A stretch of 32,000 nucleotides of DNA from Bellilinea caldifistulae (GCF_001306055.1 NZ_LGHJ01000017.1:120001-152000); one strand, 5' to 3'. Numbered from the stretch's first letter, positions 8,830 to 17,294 are shown. Program-made: numbers and translations. The notes: generated from the letters alone by a model not told the origin.

Positions 8830-8849
8830 AAAAGCCCTAAACTAAAGAC

Positions 8850-9101
8850 ATGAAAAATAATGCTTTAACTCAACCCCAATCAGAATCTTACCGCATCATT
8901 GTCAAGGGTGTAATGGAGGAGGAATTTCTCCACGATTATTGCCCGCCCGGTTTTACGCTGAGTTACAACAATGGAAGAACAACACTGGTGAACCTGCAAA
9001 CGGATCAGGCCGGCATGTTGGGTTTGATCCGCCAGTTACACAATCTTGGCGTGACGGTGATGCTGGTAGAACTTCAATCCGAAATGGAGGATACCCAATG
9101 A
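8850..9101 (+). CDS. small conserved hypothetical protein (83 aa)
   Basis: The pattern YRIIVKG...F......T.L......DQAGMLGLIRQLHNLGVTVMLVEL resembles a small alpha/beta protein family that I recall being annotated only as hypothetical in Actinobacteria/Chloroflexi (from memory, not verified). Its stop overlaps the next start (ATGA). No obvious Shine-Dalgarno. Confidence 0.6.
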   Translation: MKNNALTQPQSESYRIIVKGVMEEEFLHDYCPPGFTLSYNNGRTTLVNLQTDQAGMLGLIRQLHNLGVTVMLVELQSEMEDTQ

Positions 9102-9754
9102 GTGAGAAGAAAGTTTCCCGCCGTGAATTTTTGAAAATCGCTGGTGTTGGGCTGGCTGCAACCGCCTTCGCCTGCTCTGGATTAGGATGCGCAGCCACCC
9201 GCCAATCTCAAATTAATTTACCCGAAATGAATTTAGGAAAGGAAAATGCTGTGAATAATATTTTGGTTACTTACTCAACCCGTGCCGGTTCAACTGCCGA
9301 AATTGCTGCGGCAATCGGACAAACTCTCGCTCAGCGCGGTTACACCGTTGATGTCCTGCCGGTCAAAAAACAGCCCAACCCTTCAGATTATGACGCCGTG
9401 ATTTTGGGAAGCCCAATCCGCATGGGAAGCTGGCTGCCGGAAGTGATTGGTTTTGTAAAGGAAAACCGTGCCCTGCTAGAGCAGATACCCGTTGCGGCCT
9501 TTACCGTCCACATGCTCAACGGCGGGGACGACGAACAGAGCCGGGCTAATCGTCAGGCTTACTTGAACGCGGTTCGTGAGTGGATTACCCCTGCTGAAGA
9601 AGCCTTCTTTCTCGGCAAAATGGAACTGGCAAAACTATCTTTTCTTGACCGGTTTATCTCCAACGCGATGAAAGCCAAAGACGAAAATTTACGCGACTGG
9701 AATGCCGTTCATGCCTTTGCCGAATCGGTTTTTGCACGGGTTGAAACGCAATGA
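9098..9754 (+). CDS. flavodoxin-fold protein (Flavodoxin_5/HemG-like) with an N-terminal twin-arginine (Tat) signal
   Basis: I use ATG 9098 (GGAGG at 9086-9090), not the track's 8939. The N-terminus MSEKKVSRREFLKIAGVGLAATAFAC matches the Tat consensus S-R-R-x-F-L-K plus an h-region. The domain ILVTYSTRAGSTAEIAAAIGQTL...AVILGSPIRMGSW is the flavodoxin-like FMN-binding pattern. Confidence 0.8.
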   Translation: MSEKKVSRREFLKIAGVGLAATAFACSGLGCAATRQSQINLPEMNLGKENAVNNILVTYSTRAGSTAEIAAAIGQTLAQRGYTVDVLPVKKQPNPSDYDAVILGSPIRMGSWLPEVIGFVKENRALLEQIPVAAFTVHMLNGGDDEQSRANRQAYLNAVREWITPAEEAFFLGKMELAKLSFLDRFISNAMKAKDENLRDWNAVHAFAESVFARVETQ

Positions 9755-10605
9755 AACCCCCTGCCGCCTTACGGATACTTGTGCCGTTGATTTTGCTTCT
9801 GGCTTTGATTGCTGCTGGCGGCGGCTTGTTCCCCGCCGCCGGTCAGCCTTTTACAGTGGTCAATTTCCGCGGCGAGGAGGTCACCATCAATGCCCGCGGA
9901 CTCTACTATTGGGATACGCTCAGTTCTGCTGCCCAGATGCAAGCCAATGACGCAGTAACCCTTTTCCTTGCATTACCATTGCTGACCATTTCTTTCTGGC
10001 TGACTCAAAAAGGCTCATTGCGCGGTGGATTACTCATGACCGGAACGCTTGGTTTTATCCTGTACACCTACATTACCATGTGTTTTGGCGCCGCTTACAA
10101 TCCCTTTTTCCTGATTTATGTAGCCCTTTTCAGCCTGAGCCTGTTTGCCTTCGTTTTGAGCATGATGTCCTTTGATGTGAAAACCCTGCCGGCGCGTTTT
10201 TCCCAAAAGCTGCCTCGTAAATGGATTGCTGGCTTGTTGTTATTTGTGGCTGCCTTTCTCTCTCTGGCGTGGATAGGACGAATTGCTCAGACCTTTACAC
10301 CCGGCGCTATTCCGACCCTTGAAAATACGACCAGCATGTTCATTCAGGCGATGGACTTGGGAATTGTAGTGCCGGTGTGCCTCCTCTCGGCAGTCTTATT
10401 GCTGCGGCGCAGCTCTTGGGGCTACCTTCTTGCTTCGGTTGGTCTGGTTAAATTCCTCACCCTCGGCACCGCTGTCAGCCTGATGGGGTTGAACATGGCC
10501 CGAGTGGGTGTTCCTATCAGCCCGGTGGAGTTAATCGTTTTCAGCAGTATGGGCCTGGCTGGCATCATCACCACGTTTATCTTTTTGAAGAATGTGATGG
10601 ATTAA
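9751..10605 (+). CDS. polytopic membrane protein of unknown function (paralog A)
   Basis: 284 aa, about 7 hydrophobic segments. ATGA overlap with the upstream gene. Collinear similarity to the 11404-12276 product (GEEVTI..RGLY / REEITL..KGLY; NDAVTLF / TDAVTLF; FSLSLFAF / FSLSLFSF). Confidence 0.7.
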   Translation: MKPPAALRILVPLILLLALIAAGGGLFPAAGQPFTVVNFRGEEVTINARGLYYWDTLSSAAQMQANDAVTLFLALPLLTISFWLTQKGSLRGGLLMTGTLGFILYTYITMCFGAAYNPFFLIYVALFSLSLFAFVLSMMSFDVKTLPARFSQKLPRKWIAGLLLFVAAFLSLAWIGRIAQTFTPGAIPTLENTTSMFIQAMDLGIVVPVCLLSAVLLLRRSSWGYLLASVGLVKFLTLGTAVSLMGLNMARVGVPISPVELIVFSSMGLAGIITTFIFLKNVMD

Positions 10606-10608
10606 ACC

Positions 10609-11382
10609 ATGACCCTGCTTCAAAAAAATCATCAACGTTCGGTTGCAATTCTGGTTTTGCTGGGAATTGGATTTCTGGTACTGACCCGTTTGATCAGTGA
10701 AATTTCTTTTGTACTCGCCAGGCCTATTTACCAATCGCTGAAGTTTCTCGATCCGGATGGGAGTTTTCTTTACATTTCCATTCACCACATCTTTCAGGGC
10801 ATCCTGGCGTTACTCGCCATCTGGCTTGTTTCAAGAATCTGGCGAATTCCCTTTGCAGATTTCGGTTTCAATACCCGCCAGTGGCAAAACGCCTTACGCT
10901 GGGTGTTCCAGTTTTGTCTATTCTGGTTTATCCTGCAAATCAGTATTGGGTTGTGGCTGGTGTTTTCCGGCAGCGCCTTATCCAATTTTCCCTTCCCGCT
11001 GAACGCTCGAAACTTTGGTGGTTATTTTGCTTTTCAAATCCTGCTTTCTGGCACCGGCGAAGAACCCCTTTTTCGCTCTCTGGTGATGATGCCTCTGCTT
11101 TTCTACGGCAGGAAAATTGGTTTAAGCAATCAACGCAATGCTGTCATTGCTGCCGGTATTGCCACCCTTATTTTTATGTTTGCCCATATCAACTTTGCCC
11201 TTAATCCGCTAGGGGTTACGTACTTCAACCCCCTCCAGCAATTAACCTGCCTGACTTTTGGTATCTTCTACGCCTTTCTTTTCCTGCGCACAAAGAGCGT
11301 TCTTGGGCCGATTCTTGCTCATAATCTGCTCAACGCGGTCATCATCACCAGCGGGTTGATTCTCATTTTGAGCTTTGGTTGA
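10609..11382 (+). CDS. CPBP family intramembrane glutamic endopeptidase (CAAX protease/Abi family)
   Basis: All three CPBP motifs are present in order: EExxxR (GEEPLFRSLV), FxxxH (FMFAHINF) and HxxxN (AHNLLNAV). 257-aa polytopic protein. Confidence 0.85.
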   Translation: MTLLQKNHQRSVAILVLLGIGFLVLTRLISEISFVLARPIYQSLKFLDPDGSFLYISIHHIFQGILALLAIWLVSRIWRIPFADFGFNTRQWQNALRWVFQFCLFWFILQISIGLWLVFSGSALSNFPFPLNARNFGGYFAFQILLSGTGEEPLFRSLVMMPLLFYGRKIGLSNQRNAVIAAGIATLIFMFAHINFALNPLGVTYFNPLQQLTCLTFGIFYAFLFLRTKSVLGPILAHNLLNAVIITSGLILILSFG

Positions 11383-11403
11383 TTGTTCAGAAAAGGATAA
11401 AAA

Positions 11404-12276
11404 ATGACTAAGACCTCTTTTGTCATCCGCGCATCCTACCTGATCGCATTATTATCCGCAATTTTTTCAACGATGGGTTTACTTTTGCCTTTGGATGGCC
11501 ATACCATGATGGCGGTAACCCCTCAGCGAGAGGAAATCACCCTCTATGGAAAAGGCTTGTATCGCAACGACAGTGCATTTAAAGCCGGCATACTGCGGGG
11601 TACGGATGCGGTCACCCTCTTTGTGGGTGTTCCAGCGCTCCTGGCAGTTACCCGCCAGGTATCCCGCGGGGGCATAAGAGCAAAACTGGCATTACTTGGT
11701 CTTCTAGCCTATTTTACGTACAACAGTGCCTCGCTTGCGCTGGGTGCTTACTGGAATGAGATGCTCCTGATGTACATCATTTGCTTTTCTTTGAGCCTGT
11801 TTAGTTTTATCTCGTTATTCCAGTCCATTGAGATATCCTCTCTTGCCTATCAAATCCGCCCGGCAATGCCGTACCGCGTACTGGCTGGTTTTTGCGCCTT
11901 CAGTGGTTTATCCCTGCTGGTTTGGCTGGCAGACATATTCACAGCGCTCACTCAGGGAAAACCGCCCGCTCATCTGGATCATTACCATACCGAAATTACC
12001 TATGTTCTGGATTTAGCGATCCTTTTACCCGCCATTTACCTGGCAAGTTTCCAGTTATGGAATCGCAATGTGCAGGGGGTTCGACTGGCTGCAATATTAC
12101 TCATTCTTCTTGTGTTTACTGGTCTTGTAGTGGCCGGGCAAAGCATCGTTCAAGCGCTGGACGGCATCATTCACAGCCCCCAGGAATACGCTGCCTATGT
12201 AGCCCCCTTTATTTTTCTCAGCCTGATTGCAACAGGACTGACCTTTGCAATATTCAGGAATATTGCAAAGACCTGA
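11404..12276 (+). CDS. polytopic membrane protein of unknown function (paralog B)
   Basis: 290 aa. Same predicted topology and shared motifs as the 9751-10605 product. Last gene of the operon. Confidence 0.7.
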   Translation: MTKTSFVIRASYLIALLSAIFSTMGLLLPLDGHTMMAVTPQREEITLYGKGLYRNDSAFKAGILRGTDAVTLFVGVPALLAVTRQVSRGGIRAKLALLGLLAYFTYNSASLALGAYWNEMLLMYIICFSLSLFSFISLFQSIEISSLAYQIRPAMPYRVLAGFCAFSGLSLLVWLADIFTALTQGKPPAHLDHYHTEITYVLDLAILLPAIYLASFQLWNRNVQGVRLAAILLILLVFTGLVVAGQSIVQALDGIIHSPQEYAAYVAPFIFLSLIATGLTFAIFRNIAKT

Positions 12277-12371
12277 AAGGGCTACTGCTACGTATTCCTT
12301 ACAATCCGGTAAATCTCATTCGGGTAACATCAGGGGTTAGGATGCCCCGATTTAGTCACGCTGGTTTTCCT

Positions 12372-12400
12372 TTGACATTCTCGCCCCGCACAGATAAAAT
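12372..12400 (+). promoter_or_regulatory. sigma-70-type promoter (TTGACA - 17 nt - TAAAAT) for the coaE-cdaA-cdaR-der operon
   Basis: TTGACA at 12372-12377 and TAAAAT at 12395-12400, with an exact 17-nt spacer. It lies 43 nt upstream of the GTG start (12443), which has an AGGAGA Shine-Dalgarno. Confidence 0.65.
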
Positions 12401-12442
12401 GAAGTCAGAATCCATTTTATTTCAAACCAAACAGGAGACAGG

Positions 12443-13582
12443 GTGAGTCACTGGGCGGGTAAATATGTCATTGGACTGACCGGCAACATTGGAACGGGCA
12501 AAAGCGTGGTGCGGCGCATGTTGGAGCATCTCGGTGCGTATGGTATTGATGCCGATGCACTGGCACACCGCGTGATTGCCAAAGGGGCACCCGGCTACGC
12601 GGCAGTGGTGGACTACTTTGGCAAGTACATTCTCAAACCGGACGGCGAAATTGACCGGGGACGGTTGGGTAGAATTGTGTTTGGCGACCCCGAAGCACTG
12701 GCAAAACTGGAAAGCATTATTCACCCGCTGGTGCGACAAGGCGCCGATTATCTGATTCGACGGGCTACTCAACCGGTCATTGTGATTGAGGCGATAAAGC
12801 TGCTCGAATCGAGCATGGCAAAGCAATGCGATAGTGTGTGGGTCGTGTATGCTCCGCCGGATATTCAGCTGGCACGCCTGATGAAAAACCGGGGGATGAA
12901 CGAAAAGGATGCCCGCCAACGGATCACCAGTCAGCCGCCGCAGGAAGAGAAAATTGCAGCCGCTGATGTGGTGATTCGAAATGCCGGCACATTCGATGAA
13001 ACCTGGAAACAGGTTATCACAGCCTGGCGAAAGTATGTTCCGTTGGTTGAAGAAGCTCCCCCTCAAGCCGTGCAAGCCCCAAACATCAAGGGACAAATTC
13101 AAATCGAACGTGGCCGTCCGCGTCACTCCAATGAGATTGCCGGCCTTCTAAATCGGCTTGATAAAAAAGGCAAACCCATGACCAGCGAAGACGTGATGGC
13201 CGCCTTTGGGGAAAAAGCCTTTTTGTTACTGCGCTTGGACGAGCAACTGAAAGGTTTAATCGGCTGGCAGGTTGAAAATCTGGTCGCCCGAACCACCGAC
13301 ATTCATCTGGATCCCACCTTGCCGCTTGATGAAGCCGTACCCGCCCTGATTCAAGAGATGGAACGAGCCTCAAGCGACTTACAATGTGAAGCATCGCTGG
13401 TGTTTGTGCCGCCGTCCCTGGCAAGACATGATGGGTTATGGCGCAAGTTGGGCTACCAGCGCACCTCTCCCGAAGCATTAGAAGTGCAGGCCTGGCAGGA
13501 TGCCGCCCGTGAATCCATGCCTCCCGGTAGTGTTTTACTTTTTAAAAAATTGCGTGAGGATCGGGTACTGCGCCCAATTTGA
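12443..13582 (+). CDS. coaE: dephospho-CoA kinase with a ~180-aa C-terminal extension
   Basis: GTG start. N-terminus YVIGLTGNIGTGKSVVRRML (CoaE P-loop) and the rest of the ~200-aa CoaE fold (IDADALAHRV..., IHPLV..., VIEAIKLLES). Residues from about 200 to 379 are additional sequence not found in canonical CoaE. Confidence 0.85.
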   Translation: MSHWAGKYVIGLTGNIGTGKSVVRRMLEHLGAYGIDADALAHRVIAKGAPGYAAVVDYFGKYILKPDGEIDRGRLGRIVFGDPEALAKLESIIHPLVRQGADYLIRRATQPVIVIEAIKLLESSMAKQCDSVWVVYAPPDIQLARLMKNRGMNEKDARQRITSQPPQEEKIAAADVVIRNAGTFDETWKQVITAWRKYVPLVEEAPPQAVQAPNIKGQIQIERGRPRHSNEIAGLLNRLDKKGKPMTSEDVMAAFGEKAFLLLRLDEQLKGLIGWQVENLVARTTDIHLDPTLPLDEAVPALIQEMERASSDLQCEASLVFVPPSLARHDGLWRKLGYQRTSPEALEVQAWQDAARESMPPGSVLLFKKLREDRVLRPI

Positions 13583-13591
13583 TCTTTATTT

Positions 13592-14494
13592 GTGGGGTTT
13601 CCCAGCGTGACTGAGTTACTGAATGAACTCACCTTCATTTTCCAGCGCTTCAACTGGTTGAGCGCCCTGGACCTGTTTCTGGTCACGCTGGTTTTTTTTG
13701 GGGTGTTGTTACTGGTACGGGACACGCAGGCAATGGTACTGCTGCGCGGTGTTTTACTGCTGGTGGTTGCCCTGAGTCTGTTGACCAGTCTGGTTAGCCT
13801 GCCGGCCTTTTCATGGCTGATCCAAACTATTGCCCCAACGCTGGTACTGGCTATACCGGTCATTTTCGCTCCCGAAATCCGGCGCGGTTTGGAAAGGCTG
13901 GGACGGGCGGGTTCGCCAGCGGCTATCTTCTGGCAGCAAAGCGAAAAAGACGTTTCCACAATGCGCGAGACGATTCAGGCGGTTGTCAGCGCCTGTGCCC
14001 GGCTTTCTGCACGCCAGCATGGCGCATTGATCATCTTACAGCGCGGCGACAGTTTGCAGGAATACATCCGCACTGGCGTACGTCTGAACGCCAAGGTAAC
14101 CCCGGAATTGCTTCTACAAATCTTTTATCCAAACACCCCGCTGCATGATGGGGCTGCAATCATCGTCCGCGATCAGGTTGCAGCAGCCGCCTGCGTCATG
14201 CCGCTTTCTGCCAGCGGCATTCTCAATCGTTCACCGGAAAGGCAAATGGGGTTACGCCACCGGGCTGCCCTGGGCACGTCTGAAGCTACGGATGCGATTG
14301 CAGTGGTGGTCTCGGAAGAAACCGGCTCAATTTCGATTGCCCATGGTGGTCGGATGATTCGCCGGTTGGACAGCGAACGGCTGGAAAACATTTTGATGGC
14401 TTTTTATCAGCCACCTCCCAAAACGAGCAGCCTGAGTGATTGGTTCAGGAGAAACCGAAAACCACCGGCTTTCCGTGAGGATATTGAGCGATGA
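13592..14494 (+). CDS. cdaA: diadenylate cyclase CdaA (membrane-anchored DAC domain)
   Basis: Three N-terminal TM helices, then a DAC domain with the DGA (TPLHDGAAII) and RHR (GLRHRAALG) motifs and SEETGSISIA. GTG start (13592; alternative GTG at 13607). Confidence 0.92.
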   Translation: MGFPSVTELLNELTFIFQRFNWLSALDLFLVTLVFFGVLLLVRDTQAMVLLRGVLLLVVALSLLTSLVSLPAFSWLIQTIAPTLVLAIPVIFAPEIRRGLERLGRAGSPAAIFWQQSEKDVSTMRETIQAVVSACARLSARQHGALIILQRGDSLQEYIRTGVRLNAKVTPELLLQIFYPNTPLHDGAAIIVRDQVAAAACVMPLSASGILNRSPERQMGLRHRAALGTSEATDAIAVVVSEETGSISIAHGGRMIRRLDSERLENILMAFYQPPPKTSSLSDWFRRNRKPPAFREDIER

Positions 14495-15753
14495 TTGAGG
14501 TTTTACGCCGACTGCTTCGTCTTTTACCCTCCCTGATTACGGCGTTCGTTTTAGCGCTGGCAGTTTGGATTTCGGCAGTCAGTTCGAGCGACCCGCTGGT
14601 TGAACGCACCTACCCCAATCCTTTGCCCATCGAAATTATCGGGCAGGATCCGGGGCTGGTTATCACCTCACCAGTTCCAGGCTCGGTAACCGTGGTCCTC
14701 AGCGCACCCCAGTCCATCTGGAATCAACTGACCACCGAAACAGGATCAGTGCGTGCCTTCCTCGACCTTTCTGGTCTGGAAGCCGGCAGCCATACCGTGC
14801 CGGTTAAGATTCAAATCGCCGCCCGGCCGGTTCGCAAGATTGCCCAATCTCCTCAGACGATTACCATCACACTGGAACGCCTGGCCAGTAAAGAATTTCC
14901 GATCCGAGTGGTGACCCGCGGCAGCCCGGCGGTTGGTTACACTGCTGATACCCCCACCCTCAGCCAGACCTCCGTGACGGTCAGCGGACCGGAATCGCAG
15001 GTCAATCGCGTTGCGGAAGTTCAGGCTATTTTGGATATCAGTCAGGCTACCGAAACCATCAGCCGGACGGTCAATCTGGTTGCGGTGGATGCCAATGACA
15101 ATCCGATCAACGGCTTAAGTTTATTGCCCGACCGGGTAACCGTTCGGCAGAATATCTCCCAGCGCTTTGGCTACCGCAATGTGGTCGTCAAGGTTGTCGT
15201 ACTGGGTCAGGTTGCCAGCGGCTATCGCCTCACGAATATTTCGGTGTTTCCGCCGGCGGTTACGGTCTTTTCGGCTGATCCGCAAGTCGTCAGTGATTTA
15301 CCCGGTTTTATCGAAACCGAACCCCTCAACATCAACGGGTTGAAGGATGATCTGGATATTTCCCTGAGTCTCAATCTGCCTGCAGGTGTTTCTGTGGTTG
15401 GGGATCAAACCGAAGTACTGGTGCGGGTCGGTGTTGCGGCTATTGAAAGCAGTTTAACCCTGCCCAACATCCCGGTGGAAATCACCGGCTTACAGCCGGG
15501 ACTGAGCGCCGAAATCTCACCGGAAACGATCACGGTAATTATTTCCGGCCCGGTTGCCTTGCTTGACCGCTTGCGCGCCACAGATGTACGGGCTGTGGTT
15601 GATTTGAGCACGCTGTCCGAAGGCACCTACCAGATCGAACCGGAGGTCGAAATCCTGATCGCCGAGTTGAAGACCGAATCGCTCCTGCCGGAAAGCGTGG
15701 AAGTTATCATCACTCGGACAACCCGTTCAAGCAGTGGTACAATCACCCCTTGA
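14491..15753 (+). CDS. cdaR: CdaR (YbbR-domain) regulator of diadenylate cyclase
   Basis: ATGA overlap with cdaA. One N-terminal TM helix, then four repeated ~85-aa beta-rich YbbR-like modules (repeating V.V.....P.GV.V...P..V.V.V pattern). This is the canonical position downstream of cdaA. Confidence 0.85.
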   Translation: MIEVLRRLLRLLPSLITAFVLALAVWISAVSSSDPLVERTYPNPLPIEIIGQDPGLVITSPVPGSVTVVLSAPQSIWNQLTTETGSVRAFLDLSGLEAGSHTVPVKIQIAARPVRKIAQSPQTITITLERLASKEFPIRVVTRGSPAVGYTADTPTLSQTSVTVSGPESQVNRVAEVQAILDISQATETISRTVNLVAVDANDNPINGLSLLPDRVTVRQNISQRFGYRNVVVKVVVLGQVASGYRLTNISVFPPAVTVFSADPQVVSDLPGFIETEPLNINGLKDDLDISLSLNLPAGVSVVGDQTEVLVRVGVAAIESSLTLPNIPVEITGLQPGLSAEISPETITVIISGPVALLDRLRATDVRAVVDLSTLSEGTYQIEPEVEILIAELKTESLLPESVEVIITRTTRSSSGTITP

Positions 15754-15761
15754 GGTGAACG

Positions 15762-17123
15762 ATGCGCAAACCGATTGTTGCTCTGGTCGGGCGACCGAAC
15801 GTAGGAAAAAGCACCCTCTTCAATCGTCTGGCCGGTGAACCGCTGGCGATTGTGGATGATACTCCCGGCACCACCCGCGACCGGCTGATGGCCGAAGCGG
15901 AGTGGAATGGGCGTTACTTCTTCATTGTGGATACCGGCGGTATTGACCCCTCCACCGGCGGGAAAGAGGCCCTCTCCGTCGGGTCGGCCGACTATATTCA
16001 ACAAATTCGCCAACAGGCCGAGTTAGCCATTCGAGAAGCGGACGTCGTTTTATTCCTGACCGATGCCATTACCGGTGTTACTCCTGCTGATCAGGAAGTT
16101 GCTCAAATTTTACGCCGCAATCAGAAAATCATCGAAGGCAAGCCGCACCCGCCTGTGCTGCTGGTGGTCAATAAAGCCGACAACCAGACCTTTCGGAGCG
16201 GCGCGGCTGAATTTTACGAATTGGGTATCGGTGAGCCTTACCCCATTTCGGCCCTGCACGGTACCGGCACCGGGGATTTACTGGATGATTTGGTGGCAGC
16301 ATTCCCATCCGATACCGAGGAAGAAGAGGATGATTCGGTCAAAATTGCGATTGTGGGCAAGCCCAACGTTGGGAAGTCCAGCCTGCTGAATCGACTGGTT
16401 GGGGAGGAACGTGCCATCGTCAGCCCGATTGCCGGCACCACCCGCGATGCGGTGGACACAAAAATTGTCTTTGAAGACATCGAAATCACCCTGATTGACA
16501 CAGCCGGCATCCGCCGGCGGGGCAAAATTGAGCCGGGAGTTGAAAAATACAGCGTCATCCGTTCAATGCGTGCCATTGAGCGCGCTGATGTTGCCCTGCT
16601 GATGATTGACGCCACCACCGGCATTACCGCCCAGGATGCTCACATTGCCGGTTATATACTGGAAGCCCAGAAAAGCACAGTGGTGCTGGTCAACAAATGG
16701 GATGCGGTCGAAAAAGACAATTTCACCATGCAAAATTACACCAGCCGCATCCGGCAGGAATTGAATTTTATGGATTTTGTACCGATTTTATTCATCTCGG
16801 CAAAAACCGGCCAGCGGGTTGATCAGGTGCTGCCACTGGCTTTAAGAGTGCAGGAAGAACGGCTGGCGCGGTTAACTACCGGACAGCTAAACCGTATTCT
16901 CCAAAACGCGCAGGACGCCCACCACGCTACCTCGCGCACCGGTAAGTCGCTGCGGATTTACTATGGGACTCAGGTACGCAGTGACCCGCCAACCTTCCTG
17001 ATTTATGTCAACGACCCGAAACTGGCTCACTTCACTTACCTGCGTTATTTAGAAAACGCCATTCGGAAGGAGTACCCTTTCACCGGCACACCCATCCGGC
17101 TTGTACTGAAACCGCGACGTTAG
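15762..17123 (+). CDS. der: ribosome-biogenesis GTPase Der (EngA), tandem GTPase domains plus KH-like domain
   Basis: Two G domains (GRPNVGKSTLFN ... DTGG ... NKAD; GKPNVGKSSLLN ... DTAG ... NKWD) and a C-terminal KH-like region. Confidence 0.95.
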   Translation: MRKPIVALVGRPNVGKSTLFNRLAGEPLAIVDDTPGTTRDRLMAEAEWNGRYFFIVDTGGIDPSTGGKEALSVGSADYIQQIRQQAELAIREADVVLFLTDAITGVTPADQEVAQILRRNQKIIEGKPHPPVLLVVNKADNQTFRSGAAEFYELGIGEPYPISALHGTGTGDLLDDLVAAFPSDTEEEEDDSVKIAIVGKPNVGKSSLLNRLVGEERAIVSPIAGTTRDAVDTKIVFEDIEITLIDTAGIRRRGKIEPGVEKYSVIRSMRAIERADVALLMIDATTGITAQDAHIAGYILEAQKSTVVLVNKWDAVEKDNFTMQNYTSRIRQELNFMDFVPILFISAKTGQRVDQVLPLALRVQEERLARLTTGQLNRILQNAQDAHHATSRTGKSLRIYYGTQVRSDPPTFLIYVNDPKLAHFTYLRYLENAIRKEYPFTGTPIRLVLKPRR

Positions 17124-17151
17124 AAAAAGGTTAGAAAGCCAACCCCAAGGG

Positions 17152-17179
17152 TTGACGATCAAACGAGGTGTGGTAAAAT
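17152..17179 (+). promoter_or_regulatory. sigma-70-type promoter (TTGACG - 16 nt - TAAAAT) for the tRNA gene
   Basis: TTGACG at 17152-17157 and TAAAAT at 17174-17179. The tRNA 5' end is 11 nt downstream of the -10 box. Confidence 0.6.
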
Positions 17180-17190
17180 ACAAGACACGA

Positions 17191-17262
<72 letters not shown>

Positions 17263-17294
17263 CTAGAGTCAAACCCTTTACAGGGCGCAAGCAG

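Noticed and set aside
8939-9097. Upstream extension of the flavodoxin ORF (track start 8939)
   Set aside because: The extension overlaps the 83-aa gene in another frame. The ATG at 9098 has a GGAGG Shine-Dalgarno, gives an ATGA stop/start overlap, and places the Tat motif at the proper N-terminal position.
12422-13126. 234-aa minus-strand ORF opposite coaE
   Set aside because: It is antisense to a gene with an unambiguous P-loop CoaE signature. It has no motifs, Cys/His/Arg-rich composition and no plausible promoter or RBS.
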